A stretch of DNA of 64,000 nt, taken from NCBI GenBank assembly GCA_951406725.2, contig OX597836.1, forward strand, positions 4,340,001 to 4,404,000, read 5' to 3'. Shown piece by piece: positions 13,727 through 25,867 of this stretch (the first letter of the stretch is position 1; each line of letters opens with the position of its first letter). Source of the DNA: Octopus vulgaris (Eukaryota). The position numbers and the translations under genes are program-made. The notes below the pieces were generated by a model. The model saw only the letters and a list, made by a program, of their open reading frames with translations, searched no databases and was not told where the DNA came from.

Positions 13727-14429
13727 TATATTATTTTTCCTAGTTATATAACAGCGTAATACGCCGTCTTCCCAGCCACCCGTCACTTTCTCACTTTTTG
13801 TAAACCATACATAGTTGCGTCTCTTTTTATATGTCTTCATGTTCATATCTGCGTTTGTCTGTGTAGTGAAGGTGCCTGCCATCGTAGTTACTGTATTCAG
13901 CTTGCGATCGTAAGTCGCCGGGTTCGCTTTCCGGCAGTGCACGGTGTCCTAGAGCAAGACATTTTATTTCTCCATCCCGCTGCGTTAGTATATTAAATAG
14001 TACTTGTAACTGAAAGGGGACTACCCTTGTCATATTCTGTATCATCTTGAACCTCCCAGAGACCTCCGTCCTCATTGAGCGTCTCTCGAGAATGCTGAGC
14101 TCTTCCGTTGATCTGATCAACCAGGAACGCAGCTCTTATTAATCTACAGTGTACCAAAGCGCCTTTCTGGTGCAGATGGCTCTTCTACAATTAGGAATAT
14201 CTCAGTTCGTTGCCCGTTCTATATTTCCAATAGCTTTATGTCAGCTCAAGCCTTGCACGAGAAATTTGTTTGACACGGCCATTATACCCGCGTAGGAAGA
14301 AACGTCTCTACATGTGAAAAGCGTAGCGTCGTCTTTAAATATACTATAATGAGTCTGCCTCTGGATAACCCAACAATCTCCGTATGCCTTTACATATTAT
14401 GCTGTTATATAACTAGGATAAATAATATA
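13727..14429. mobile_element. Element bounded by a 35-bp inverted repeat (non-autonomous DNA transposon/MITE-like), containing a nested old SINE
   Basis: 13727-13761 tatattatttttcctagttatataacagcgtaata matches the reverse complement of 14395-14429 at 33/35 positions. Confidence 0.65.
13866..14130 (+). mobile_element. Old tRNA-derived SINE related to family C
   Basis: Decayed head with gggttcgctttcc, then tcctagagcaagaca, and a tail (cttgtcatattctgt...ttccgttgatc) resembling 1475-1585. Confidence 0.55.
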
Positions 14430-14477
14430 ATATATGCATACATGTGTGTGTATATATTCTTTCTTTTCCCTTTAATT

Positions 14478-14870
14478 GTTGCAGGCATCTGACTGCGGCC
14501 ATGCTGGAGCACATCGTTTAGTGGAGCAAGTTGGTCCCAGGACTTTTTCTTTGTAAGCATAGTACGTATTCTATCGGTCTCTTTTGCCGAACCGCTATGC
14601 TACGGGGACGTAAACACACCAGCATCAGTTGGCAAGTGTTGTGGGGGGGGGGAAACAAACACAGACACACACACGCACATTCAAAACTCACACACAAATA
14701 TCTACATATACGACGGGCTTCTTTTAGTTTCCATCTACTAAATCCACTCAAGGCTTTACTCGAACCGAGGCTGTAGTAGAAAATACTTACTTAAAGTGTC
14801 ACGCATTGGGACTGAAACCGGAAGCATGTGGCTGGTAAGCAAGCTATTTACCACACAGCTACCCCTGCAA
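14478..14870 (-). mobile_element. SINE family B
   Basis: gactgcggccatgctggagcac...gtttccatctactaaatccactca...accacacagctacccctgc. Confidence 0.9.
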
Positions 14871-14886
14871 TTATATATATATATAC

Positions 14887-14994
<108 letters not shown>

Positions 14995-15954
14995 GTGTAT
15001 GTGCGTGCTGTATTTATATTCAAATACTCAAGAATGTTGTTGACAGTGACTTCAAAGTAGTATGTGATTTACCTGGCTGAAATTTCGAAAACAGGTTCAG
15101 TGACCTTCTTGTTTTAGAATTAGATATTTGCTCTCCACAAGTGTATAGAGTAACTCACACGATCATTGTAAAATTGATTTATTATAACTGAACATAAAAA
15201 CAAAGCTTAGTAGACAGGTATGTGCGAAATCTTTTTATGAAGAGGTTCTTACGAAGACAAGAGAGCATTTTAATGAAACGCTCAGGAAATTAGATTCTCC
15301 GATAGGATTAGATACGTAAAAAATCACTGAAATCATGCAACGTAAAAATAGAAAAAGAAGCTTGTAGTACAGCATTGTATTTAATCTAGCAGAGAAAAAT
15401 AATTTAGCAAGAAACTATAAATTTTATAGATTACCACCTTCCTCCGGAGCATAGCTATAATAAGTTAGTAAATGTATGTAGGTTGTCATTTTGGTTGTTA
15501 TACTAAAGGCTTTAATGCTACAAGGCTGCAGAAAAACATAAGTGATCACTTGACCAACACCAATTACGCAACGTCAGAACCAATGAGAATATTTCCCAAA
15601 TTTGTAACTCTATATCGAGAGTGTAACACGCTATAGTAGAAACAGAGATGAATTTATAGTATACAGTGGCTCAGTTGAACTGGTGTTTATGATTCAGGTT
15701 TATTAAGCACATATATACATTTGTCATATCGGATATAAACGCGCTACTGGTTCGTTGATATTTATATGATTCTTACATTAAGCAAGCCCTAATGAATTTC
15801 GAAATCGCAAATAATGTACGACATTACAGAAACCACAATTTCAGATCGCATATTTGTGCGATATTAATTTCAATTAAAGAAGTGTTTTGTTTCAACATTG
15901 AAACAACTGGAACAAAAACAAAAGGCTTTGTATGACTATGCATACATTCTCAGA

Positions 15955-16100
15955 CACGGCTCTCGGTTTAGAAGATTACTTCTGAAACACATCATTCTCG
16001 GATCAGTTCCACTGCGTAGCAAGTTGATCTGCAACTATAGCAGTGGGTCGTAAAATTTCTGTGTAGATTACTTAGATGAAAACTGAAAGTAGCCTGCCGT
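15955..16100 (+). mobile_element. Decayed 5' half of SINE family B
   Basis: tcagttccactgcgt...actatagc...aaactgaaagtagcctgccgtatata. Confidence 0.55.
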
Positions 16101-16246
16101 ATATATATATATATATGTGTGTGTGTGTATGTGTGCGTGTGTATGTGCGCGCGCGCGTGTGTATGTATGCATCATGTACAAAGCAATGTACATGATAACA
16201 CTTCCAATCAGTTAAGACCAGAAGCCTGGTACTGTATCAGGGCATT

Positions 16247-16319
<73 letters not shown>

Positions 16320-16842
16320 ACTACTACTACTACTTTCATTATTGTTTGTATTGTTGGTCTTGTTATTGATAATGTTATTACTATCATTATTAATTACATA
16401 TCTATTCTCTTACATTTTACTAAATTATATCTATTTATTTTTGTTATAACTTTGCAGGCATTCCGCAAAATTCGCTGACTTTATAGAATTTACATTTTAA
16501 ACATTTACATGTAGTTTTTACATTTGCATTTCCAATTAAAGACGAAATCTACTCATTTCCATCGAGGAAATTTTCTCGTCGAATTCAGCATTTGAATTTC
16601 AATATAATTTTCAGATCTTTGTTTCTTTTATTGTTTTTGATTTTGTGCTCGTGTTGATGCGACTACTGCTGTTGTATTAGCATTTATCGCTGTTGTAAAC
16701 AGCTTTATGTACATTTTTCTTCTATTTTCCTGTTTGTTTGTGTAGGATGTTTCACGAACTGTCTGTATTTTTCAATGTAATTTTGTTTATGCATTTTATG
16801 CATATCTGCGAGTTTAATAGATGATTTCAGTAAAGTCAAATA

Positions 16843-16845
<3 letters not shown>

Positions 16846-16883
<38 letters not shown>

Positions 16884-17546
16884 AGAGTGGAGAGGAAGAG
16901 ACGGGGAGTGAGAGAGAGAGAGAGATAGTAATAACGGGAGGTAGATAAGTCTGTGTGAAACTTATAATGAGATGTAAACGGAGAAAACTGGAGTGAAAGA
17001 GAAAGAAAGCAGAAGAAGAGATGCAGAAAAGTAAACGAGAAGGCAAGATGGAGAATAGAGAAGTGAAAGATAGAGAAAGAAAGAGAGACAAAGAGAGTAA
17101 GACTTATTGGGGAAGCATTGATAGGAGTTAGCGAAGAGTATCAAGAGTGAAACAAAATGTGAGAGATGAAGGAAGAGAGCTAATTGGAAAGGAAAGAGAA
17201 CCAGAGAGATAGAAATATTGACAGTCAGAGAGGGGGAGAAAGAGAAATATAGAGGTGTAAGGGAAGGGGGGAGAGAGAGAACGAGAGATAGAGGGGATAG
17301 AGAAATATAAAGAGAGAGAATAAGAAAGAAAACCGAAGGAGTTAGTGATAGAGAAGCCAGAGAGATTAGGAACGAATGAAGACGAAAAAGGTAAAAGGTA
17401 ACGAGAAAGGCTGAGAGCGAATAAAAGAGAGAGAGTGGGGGAGGGAGAGATGGGAAGAGAAAGAAAGAGGGAGAGAGAGATGGAGAGAGAGAGATGGAGA
17501 GGGAGAGAAGGAGAGAGGGGGGAGAGATAGAGGGGGAGAGAGAGAT
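16846..17546. repeat. GA-rich polypurine tract
   Basis: Direct reading. Confidence 0.85.
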
Positions 17547-17826
17547 ATGCAGCTTTCGTACTTCTTATTAGATCTCATTTATTTTATTCAGAAACATTTT
17601 GCTTTGTTTTTGTTGCTCAAGATGTTGTACAGTTAATGTAAAGTCACTTGATGGTTTTGTTTAATGTTTTGTTGTGTTTTAAGATTATTTTTATTTTCAT
17701 TTTTATATCCTCTTGTATATTGAAGAACTGCGGAATGATATTGCTACTGTTTTGCACGGTAATATGGAACGAATGCTGTACTTTTCTAGCTGATACAACC
17801 AGAATTTTTAGCAGATAATTATTAAA

Positions 17827-17865
17827 ATGATAATAATAATAATAATAACAATACTAGTCGTAGTC

Positions 17866-17905
<40 letters not shown>

Positions 17906-17952
17906 CAGCAGTAGTAGTAATAAGAACGACAACGACGAAGAAGAAGAAGAAA

Positions 17953-18005
<53 letters not shown>

Positions 18006-18302
18006 GAAGAAGAAGAAGAAGAAGAAGGAGGAGGAGAAGAAGAAGAAGAAGAAGAAGAAGAAGAAGAAGAAGAAACAGAAGAAGAAGAAGAATAAGAAGA
18101 AGAAGAAGAAGAAGAAGAAGAGGAGGAAGAAGAAGAAGAAGAAGAAGAAGAAGAAAGAAGAAGAAGAAAAAGAAGAAGAAGAAGAAGAAGAAGAAGAAGG
18201 AAGAAGAAAGAAGAAGAAGAAGAAGAAGAAGAAGAAGAAGAAGAAGAAGAAGAAGAAGAAGAAGAAGAAGAAGAAGAAGAAGAAGAAGACGAAGAAGAAG
18301 AA
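17827..18302. repeat. Compound trinucleotide array (AAT)-(GTA)-(GAT)-(GAA)n
   Basis: Direct reading. Confidence 0.97.
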
Positions 18303-19039
18303 TTTTTTGGACCGATCCAGCAATTTTAGGCGGACCTCAATTGGTAACTACTTTTTTGATCTCGAAAGGAAGAAACGCAAACTGAAATTCCGTGAGATTT
18401 GAATTCGGAAGCTAAAACCGGAAGCCATGTCTCTATGCATTTTGTCCGCCGCACTAAATATTCTGCATGCAAGGGCACTGTTTGAAGAAGAACATTTCGG
18501 AACGTGTCTACTGTCCGAACGAAACAGCTGAACATATTCTTTTATTCTTTTATTCTTTTAATAGCTTCAGTGGTAGAACTGCAGCCATACTGGAGCACCG
18601 CCTTAATTTGTCACCTTATGGCTAGGAGTTGGTTTATGATTAAGTTTGTAGCAGCTAATATTTCCAGATTTTACCCTTTGAATGTTTGGCTAGTCCGGTA
18701 TCTTCGTTAGAAGTATATCTAGTGTTTTCTTTTTAATGTTTCAGTAGATATACCTGTTATATGTGTGACCTCTAAATAAGGTTACAATGCACTGTTTTTG
18801 CTCATGGTATTGTAAGTCGTACATTTGGAAGCTGGCATTGTCAGCCATTTCATCCCTCCAAATTCTCTCTACCTTAGTTTGCTAGAAATATTAGGCAATT
18901 TACAGATCACGTGTGAAGTTTGTTAATACAAGGAGACTTCGTGGTAGATTAACACAGGAGACATTATCAAGACAAACAGCAATATAGAATTGAAATAAAG
19001 CCTCCTGTAACAAATTCCAGAGAAACTGAATAATTCTGG

Positions 19040-19260
19040 TGAGTTGCATGAAGAACGAATTAATCAAGTTAGATTTAAAATGGAACTGCGATTAGATAAA
19101 TGTGCCTATTTAACTCTAAGAACTGTTAAATTAGCTGGGATTGAGGACATAAAATTAGATGCTGATACAGATGTCAGAGATTTAGACTCGAATTACCCTC
19201 ATAAAATTCAGGATTACATGGAAGTGTTGCGACAATCCAGACAGAGTGAAAAAGAAGAAA
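19040..19260 (+). mobile_element. Decayed R4/Dong-like LINE reverse transcriptase fragment
   Basis: KMELRLDKCAYLTLRTVKL..IEDIKLDADTDVRDLD resembles the R4-clade post-catalytic motif MEFGLDKCA. Confidence 0.7.
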
Positions 19261-19289
19261 GTGTATTAATGAGGAGTCACACTAATACT

Positions 19290-19452
19290 GGTTTCAATTT
19301 TGACACAAAACCAGCAATGTTATGGGACCGGGTCAGTCGATTACAATGACCCTAGTGCTCAACTGGTACTTATTTTATCGACCTTGAAAGAAGGGAAGGC
19401 AAAGTTGACCTCGGTAGAATTTAAACTTAGAACATAGTGACGGACGAAATAC
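19290..19452 (-). mobile_element. Older family A SINE lacking its head, joined to a younger copy
   Basis: Short tail (gtgtcaaaattgaaacc on the minus strand) plus core. It stops at gacgaaatac. Confidence 0.82.
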
Positions 19453-19688
19453 CTATGTCTTTACTACCCACAAGGCGCTAAACACAGAGGATACAAACAA
19501 GGACAGACAGACGGATTAAGTCGATTACATTGACCACAGTGTGTAACTGGTACTTAATTTATCGACCCCGAAAAAGGATGAAAGGCAAGGTCGACCTCGG
19601 CGGAATTTGAACTCAGAACGTAACGGCAGACGAAATACCGCTAAGCACTTCGCCCGGCGTGCTAACGTTTCTGCCAGCTCGCCACCTT
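19453..19688 (-). mobile_element. Full-length long-tail family A SINE
   Basis: Reverse complement of the 526-752 type, from head ggtggcgagctggcagaaacgttagc to tail cttgtgggtagtaaagacatag. Confidence 0.92.
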
Positions 19689-19739
19689 GATATAAAACAA
19701 CAGAACAGGTGTAAATACATTTATCATCGCATTTAGAAA

Positions 19740-20445
19740 GCATTGGTTTTAACCATGAGCTAAAAGTTAAATAAATGAAAGTTCTCAGAAAAGTTAAACA
19801 GCAAGAACTATCAAAATCGTCCGGAAGTTTTCAACCGGTAATTTGATAAGCAGATATACCTAACGCGCAAAGATATTCGACAGAACCCGATACAAGCAGA
19901 TATAAACTTATAAATATAGGGCTATGAAATACTTTAGAAGGGTTATTGTTTTCTGCAATAACGAAACGAGTAACGCATAAATATTTTATCTTCGTTTAAG
20001 GAAATAATAAAATAAAAACAGGAAGCTAAATACTGGAAAGACAAATATTTAGATAAAAGCAACGCACCAGATATTTTGAAAAAAATCAAAATGACATAAT
20101 CTAAATGGAATTAGAAAATATACGGAAAAGTAATGGCGTGTAAAACACGGTTATTATCTCTGAAGACGCGACAGAGATGATATAATACATATTGAAATCC
20201 AACAACTGTTCAAAAGCTTTGTGCTAATGGCAGAGACAGTAGGTCTGGTTCTAGCTGCACAGGAAAAATACCCAGCCATAAATGGTTAAGACCATAAAGG
20301 AAGAAGAAAGTGCAGATGCTAGCGTAAACGCAGACTACAAAACGAATAAAATGAGATAATACACGATAATGTTTCCGGTTTGCCAGTCGTGGCCAAATTA
20401 CAGCGAAGTCGTAAATACGATAGAGTCAGCAACTTTGTAAATTAC
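19740..20445 (+). mobile_element. Decayed R4/Dong-like LINE (thumb / zinc-knuckle region)
   Basis: AETVGLVLAAQEK and SGLPVVAKLQ..KYDRVSNFVNY match the R4-clade motifs ETEGFxxAAQDQ and SGCPxLAxxEYxxRHDRV. Many stops. Confidence 0.65.
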
Positions 20446-21912
20446 TAAATGTCTTCTTACTTCAGAGTAAAACAATTTAGCAAAATTACAAACTGTCTTT
20501 CAGTGTGGTGTCAGTGTGTTCTTAGCGAAGCTCTCTTTGCTCTGCTTATCTTGAACTCTGGTTATTTGGAACACACCCTCTGTCGGAAAAATTGTGCAGC
20601 GTTTACCACCACTGTCACCACTACTGCTACAACCAGCGGCAAGAGCGGCGTGCCACAAACACCAACACGACCATCACCGGCAGCATCCTCACCATTGTCA
20701 TATTTATCGACAATATGAACAGCAACACCAAATCCACCAATAGTTTCTTGTCCTTTTATAACAGAGTTCAGTTTACAGCAAATATTCGGAGTAGCTGTTT
20801 GGCCCACTCAAACAAAAGTATTACCTGTTGACGTTTAAAGATAAATATTTCTACTGCATATTATTCACACCAGTCACATCAATTTGGAAATGCCCACAAA
20901 ATCATATGCTTTGCAGAAAATGATCATAAGAGGAACTGAAAATATAAAATGAGAACGTATTCTAATTAGTTTTGACTAACGGACACATAGCAATCTTGAA
21001 ACCTGCCAGAATCTACGATATACACGGATATTTTGGAACTCGGAAGGCATTCTAGGCACGAAGGTTTGAGCAGGATTGGTATCAAGTTAGGCTACGCTTG
21101 AAACATATTGGGTTGCACAAGATTGAATAGGAAACATTTACGCAGTGTTTGATCGAATCCGAAAACACGAAATTCCGATGTGAACTTCTTGAAAAAGAGA
21201 TTATAGCTATGTTGCTGTAGTTCAGTATAAGATACCACTGGGCGTGCGTCTCGTTTTTCTCTCTTATTTTCCACTCTTTCTATCCTCTTATTGCAATGGC
21301 GAAAGAGAAATAAGTGGCTGTGCTGAGAGAGGTGAAAGGGAAAAACAAATATTTTTTAAAGTAAGATAGATTTGACGGATGAATACGTATGCATAAGAGT
21401 GACATAGTTGGAGAGATTATCTGAGAGAGAGAGGGGGAGAGAGAGATTATGGAAGAGAAAGAGTAGAGAGAAAGAGAGATGTCTGCTAATTATCCAGCGT
21501 GTGAGATGCGACACGATGCGATAAAACTGTGGAGTATATAGAATAACAAATGAATGACGAGGTGAGAAAGGGTGGAAGAGATAGCTGAAGTGTGAGAGGA
21601 GAAGGGCAAGAAGAAACGTAAATATCTGTGATAGAGAGATAATATGATATTTAATGAGTTAGAAAGTGATAGCTGCGTCAAGTAGAGTAACGAAGGCATT
21701 GGAGGAAGATCATGTAAAACAAGATGGGTTCTATGTAAAGATCTCAAGAAAACTCGCATATAACAGTTGAGAAACAAATAGACATAAATAAACAAAGGCT
21801 TGAGGAAGGGCATTCAAAAATGCTGAATAAAGCAGCAAAAATGTAATTTAAAACAGGTTCACAGATAAACGAAATGACATGTTACGGAAACGAAAATAAA
21901 AATAACAAAAGA

Positions 21913-22112
21913 ATTATTGGACGGGTACTGTGTTAGTATGCATAAAATATATAGCATAAAATATTATTAGACGGGTACTGTGTTAGTATACGTACAATAT
22001 ATAGCATAAAATATTATTGGACGGGTACTGTGTTAGTATACGTACAATATATAGCATACAATATTATTGGACGAGTACTGTGTTAGTATGCACACAATAT
22101 ATAGCATAAAAT
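21913..22112. repeat. Minisatellite, 50-bp unit x4
   Basis: acgggtactgtgttagtat starts at 21921, 21971, 22021 and 22071. Confidence 0.97.
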
Positions 22113-22358
22113 TTCGAAACGTTATCAACAGAGAGTAAAATGATGAAAACACACATCCTACCCTCATACCCAGGTATTTATACAGAGAAACAGACACACC
22201 GAAACTATAAATAAAGACTTCTACTTCTCAATATGTTTGCTTCTCTCTATCACACTGTCAGCATGTATATGATATAATATAATATAACATAATATACTAA
22301 AATATATACATATATATACATATATAAGGAGAGAGATACATATATATACGCACATATA

Positions 22359-22396
<38 letters not shown>

Positions 22397-22438
22397 TACA
22401 TGCATATATATATATATGTGTGTGTGTGTATATATATA

Positions 22439-22493
<55 letters not shown>

Positions 22494-22656
22494 TATATAT
22501 GTATTATATATTGTATATTATGTATGGAAGGCCGTTATTTGAATGATGCATTCAATTTCATAGTTCAGAGGAATAATGTTGTAATATTTCACATTGCCGG
22601 TTTCTTAGTAGCTGAAGATATTCCTCTCTCTCTCTCTTTCTTTCTCTCCCTCCCTT

Positions 22657-22688
<32 letters not shown>

Positions 22689-22876
22689 GCTTTCTCTCTC
22701 ATGTCCTCTTCATCTCACTTTCTTTGTCATTGTGTTTTTCTCACCTTCCGCTCTTTACTACATATGTACAATGTGTACACACACACACTCACACGCACAC
22801 ACGAGCACACATGGACAAATGCATAGATTCGTACATACATAGATGCATACATACATACATATATATATATATATAC

Positions 22877-22915
<39 letters not shown>

Positions 22916-22944
22916 CATTCATATATATAAATATATATATATAT

Positions 22945-23019
<75 letters not shown>

Positions 23020-23510
23020 TTTATAAGAAAATGTGTTCTATTGAAAACGAAATTGTGGTATATCTGAGACTTGCTATGATCAAAGAATTCACATTTTCAA
23101 TTTTTGTGGTTTCTTGTTAGAAATTTTACCCAGCTCTTCCACCTACGAAAAGCTACTTATAAGTTGGCAGCTAATTCACATTAGCGGAAAGAAGGAAACC
23201 AAAAATGTGAGTGTGCATTGTAATTGTTCTTAGTTCCAAAAGCGTTATGTACAAAAATGCCCACAGTGTGTACATATAAGTTTCATAGAAAGACTCTTGT
23301 ACATGAGTAATATATATATACATATATGTAGGACATATTTCACTATCCTTGCCTGCCCATACACCTACGCACGCACGAATGCGTACTCACACACGCGCGT
23401 ACACAAGGCACTCAGATATATTATACGTGGGTGTTTTTTTGAAAAACTAATAATTTTCTTTTTTTTGAAAATATATATTAACGCCTTTCCATTAGTGTAT
23501 ATATACACAC

Positions 23511-23543
<33 letters not shown>

Positions 23544-23610
23544 CATATATATACATGTATATATGCATATATATATAGAGAGATATATATGTATATATAT
23601 ATGTATATTC

Positions 23611-23906
23611 CTGTACGCCATACACCCACGGGCATATGGCGTAGTGGTTAAGAGAGCGGGCTACTAACTCCAAGATTCCGAGTTCGATTCCAAGCAGTGA
23701 CCTGAATAATAATAATAATAATAATATCAACATCGAAAAATACCGCAGGAATGAGAAACCAGGTTCGAAATTTCCCCAAGACACCTGATGAAGGCTGGAG
23801 GGTATATCAGCTGAAACGTTGTGTTAAGAACAAACAATATGAGGACAATTATCCGTCAAGTGTAAATAATGTGAATAATTCCTCATCTTTTAAATATCGA
23901 ACTGTA
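23611..23906 (+). mobile_element. tRNA-headed SINE/retrozyme-like element with a minimal hammerhead ribozyme
   Basis: A box tggcgtagtgg (23637-47), B box gagttcgattcc (23680-91), (AAT)n linker, hammerhead at 23780-23825. Second copy at 8607-9066. Confidence 0.85.
23780..23825 (+). ncRNA. Minimal type I hammerhead ribozyme
   Basis: gacac-CTGATGA-a-ggctg(gagggtatat)cagct-GAAAC-GTT-gtgtt. Stem I is gacac/gtgtt, the core is intact, and stem III is the palindrome AACGTT. Confidence 0.7.
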
Positions 23907-24589
23907 TAAAAAATATGGTAGTTGTGAACCCAAGCGTTAGTTTGTACATACTCAAACACTTGATTAACACAATAATTAGGTTTCACCGAAATTTCGTCAG
24001 GCCTTGTGAGTTCATATGAAGATGTACATGCCTTTAGATTTTATATAGAAGTACTCCAGCTTTATAAATTGATAGAAAATATATTAAATTAACTTGTAGC
24101 GCTTAAAATGTTTTTCTTTTCGTAATTGAGTTTTTTCGGGATAATATTTTGCAGACGCTAGGTTGAAATTTGAGTACAGATAAAGAACTCTCCTTCACGT
24201 TAGGATGCAAGATTGCTACTGTGAAATTGGTCGGGAAAATGAAGCAAATGACAGAATTGAAGTATTCGTTGTTCAAGTGTTAAATGTCGGAATTAAAGGG
24301 GAAAAAAATCATTGGTGAAAACGTGAAAAACAGCGGCGCTGACGACGATGGAAGAAACAAATTCTCAAGTTCGTTGATATTCAAATCCAAACACACTCCA
24401 GAAATAATTCTAAAGACCAAGGAAAATATAATTCTTAGATATTTTTTTAAAAAGTGGAAAATGTTACGAAATCAAAACAGATTTCTCTCACGTTTTTTGA
24501 AAATTATCATCATCGTTGTAGTTGTTGTTATTGGTGTCGTCGTCGGCGCCGTCATGGTCGTCGTCGCCATCATCATCCCCATAATCATT

Positions 24590-24885
24590 TCCTTCTTCTT
24601 CGTCTCCCCCTCCTCCTCCTCCTTCTTCTTCTTGTCTTTATCCTTCTCTTTGTTAGCCTTCTCATCCTTTTTTCTTCTCCTTCCTTTTCTTTCTCATTTG
24701 TCTTCTTCCTTTCTTCTTTTTTTCTTCTTCTTCTTCTTCTTATTCGCTTCCTCCTTCTTCTCCTTCTTCCTTTTCTCGCTCATTTTTCTTCTTTTTCTTC
24801 TTTTCTTCACTTTTTCTGTTTTTCCTTTTTTCCTCTTGTCTCTTTTCCTTTCTTCTTCTTCTTCCCCTTCTTCTTCTTCTTCTTC

Positions 24886-24917
<32 letters not shown>

Positions 24918-24983
24918 CTTCTTCTTCTTCTTCTACTTCTTCTTCTTCTACGTCTTTTTCTTCTTCTTCTTCTTCTTCTTCTT

Positions 24984-25018
<35 letters not shown>

Positions 25019-25110
25019 TCTTCTTCTTCTTCTTCTTCTTCCTCTGCTACTACTACTACTTCTCCTTCTTCCTCCCCCTTTCTTCCTTTTCTTTTCATTT
25101 TTCTTCTACT
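24590..25110. repeat. Pyrimidine-rich (TTC)n/(TAC)n low-complexity tract
   Basis: Direct reading. Confidence 0.92.
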
Positions 25111-25275
25111 CTAGAAAATATTGATAATAGTGTGACATTTTGTTGTTCTGCTCTGGAAAGGGTTTAACCATATAAACACATAAGCTGAGAAATAACGCTA
25201 TCGAAACACTGGTACTCGCATCCAGTCAATATAGGCACACACAAGAGTCTTTCAAAGATACATATGTACATACAT

Positions 25276-25350
<75 letters not shown>

Positions 25351-25351
25351 C

Positions 25352-25540
25352 CAGAGTAAACACATAAATGTGAAACAAGGTGGAAAAAGAGAGTACTCAA
25401 ATACCAGTGGTAGAGTAATATGTTTTATAAGCAGCAGAAAATTCTACAAATTCTAGCAAAAACTGTCCGATGAACGGCAACGCGAAACTCAGAGTAACAG
25501 GTTTTGTAGAATTCTCTGCTGCTTTAAATAAAGTATATAT
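25352..25540. mobile_element. Penelope-like fragment with an inverted duplication around a hammerhead motif (25463-25500)
   Basis: aagcagcagaaaattctacaaa pairs with tttgtagaattctctgctgctt. Between them lies ctgt-CCGATGA-acggcaacgc-GAAACTC-a-GAGTA-acag. Confidence 0.65.
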
Positions 25541-25752
25541 ATATATATATTATATATTTTAAAAATTTTATTTTATATTTTAAATTTAAAATTTTAAATA
25601 ATTTAAATTTTAAACTTTATATTTTATATATATATTGTATATTATTTTAATTATTTTTATTTTTATGTTTTGGTTTATGTTTTTTACTGTTTGATTTGCC
25701 TAATAGTGGTTTTATCCCTAATTCAATTTATATAATTATACATATATATGTA

Positions 25753-25790
<38 letters not shown>

Positions 25791-25829
25791 GTACATATAT
25801 ACATATATATGTACATATATACATACATA

Positions 25830-25867
<38 letters not shown>

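Noticed and set aside
17041-17058. 10-nt match to the miR-31 5' end
   Set aside because: Lies in a polypurine tract with no hairpin partner.
21913-22112. Regular 50-bp periodicity, superficially CRISPR-like
   Set aside because: Whole units are near-identical with no unique spacers, no cas genes are present, and the context is eukaryotic; it is a minisatellite.
24284-25167. Longest ORFs in the track (276 aa, 237 aa)
   Set aside because: Low-complexity pyrimidine and trinucleotide tract lacking stops by composition.
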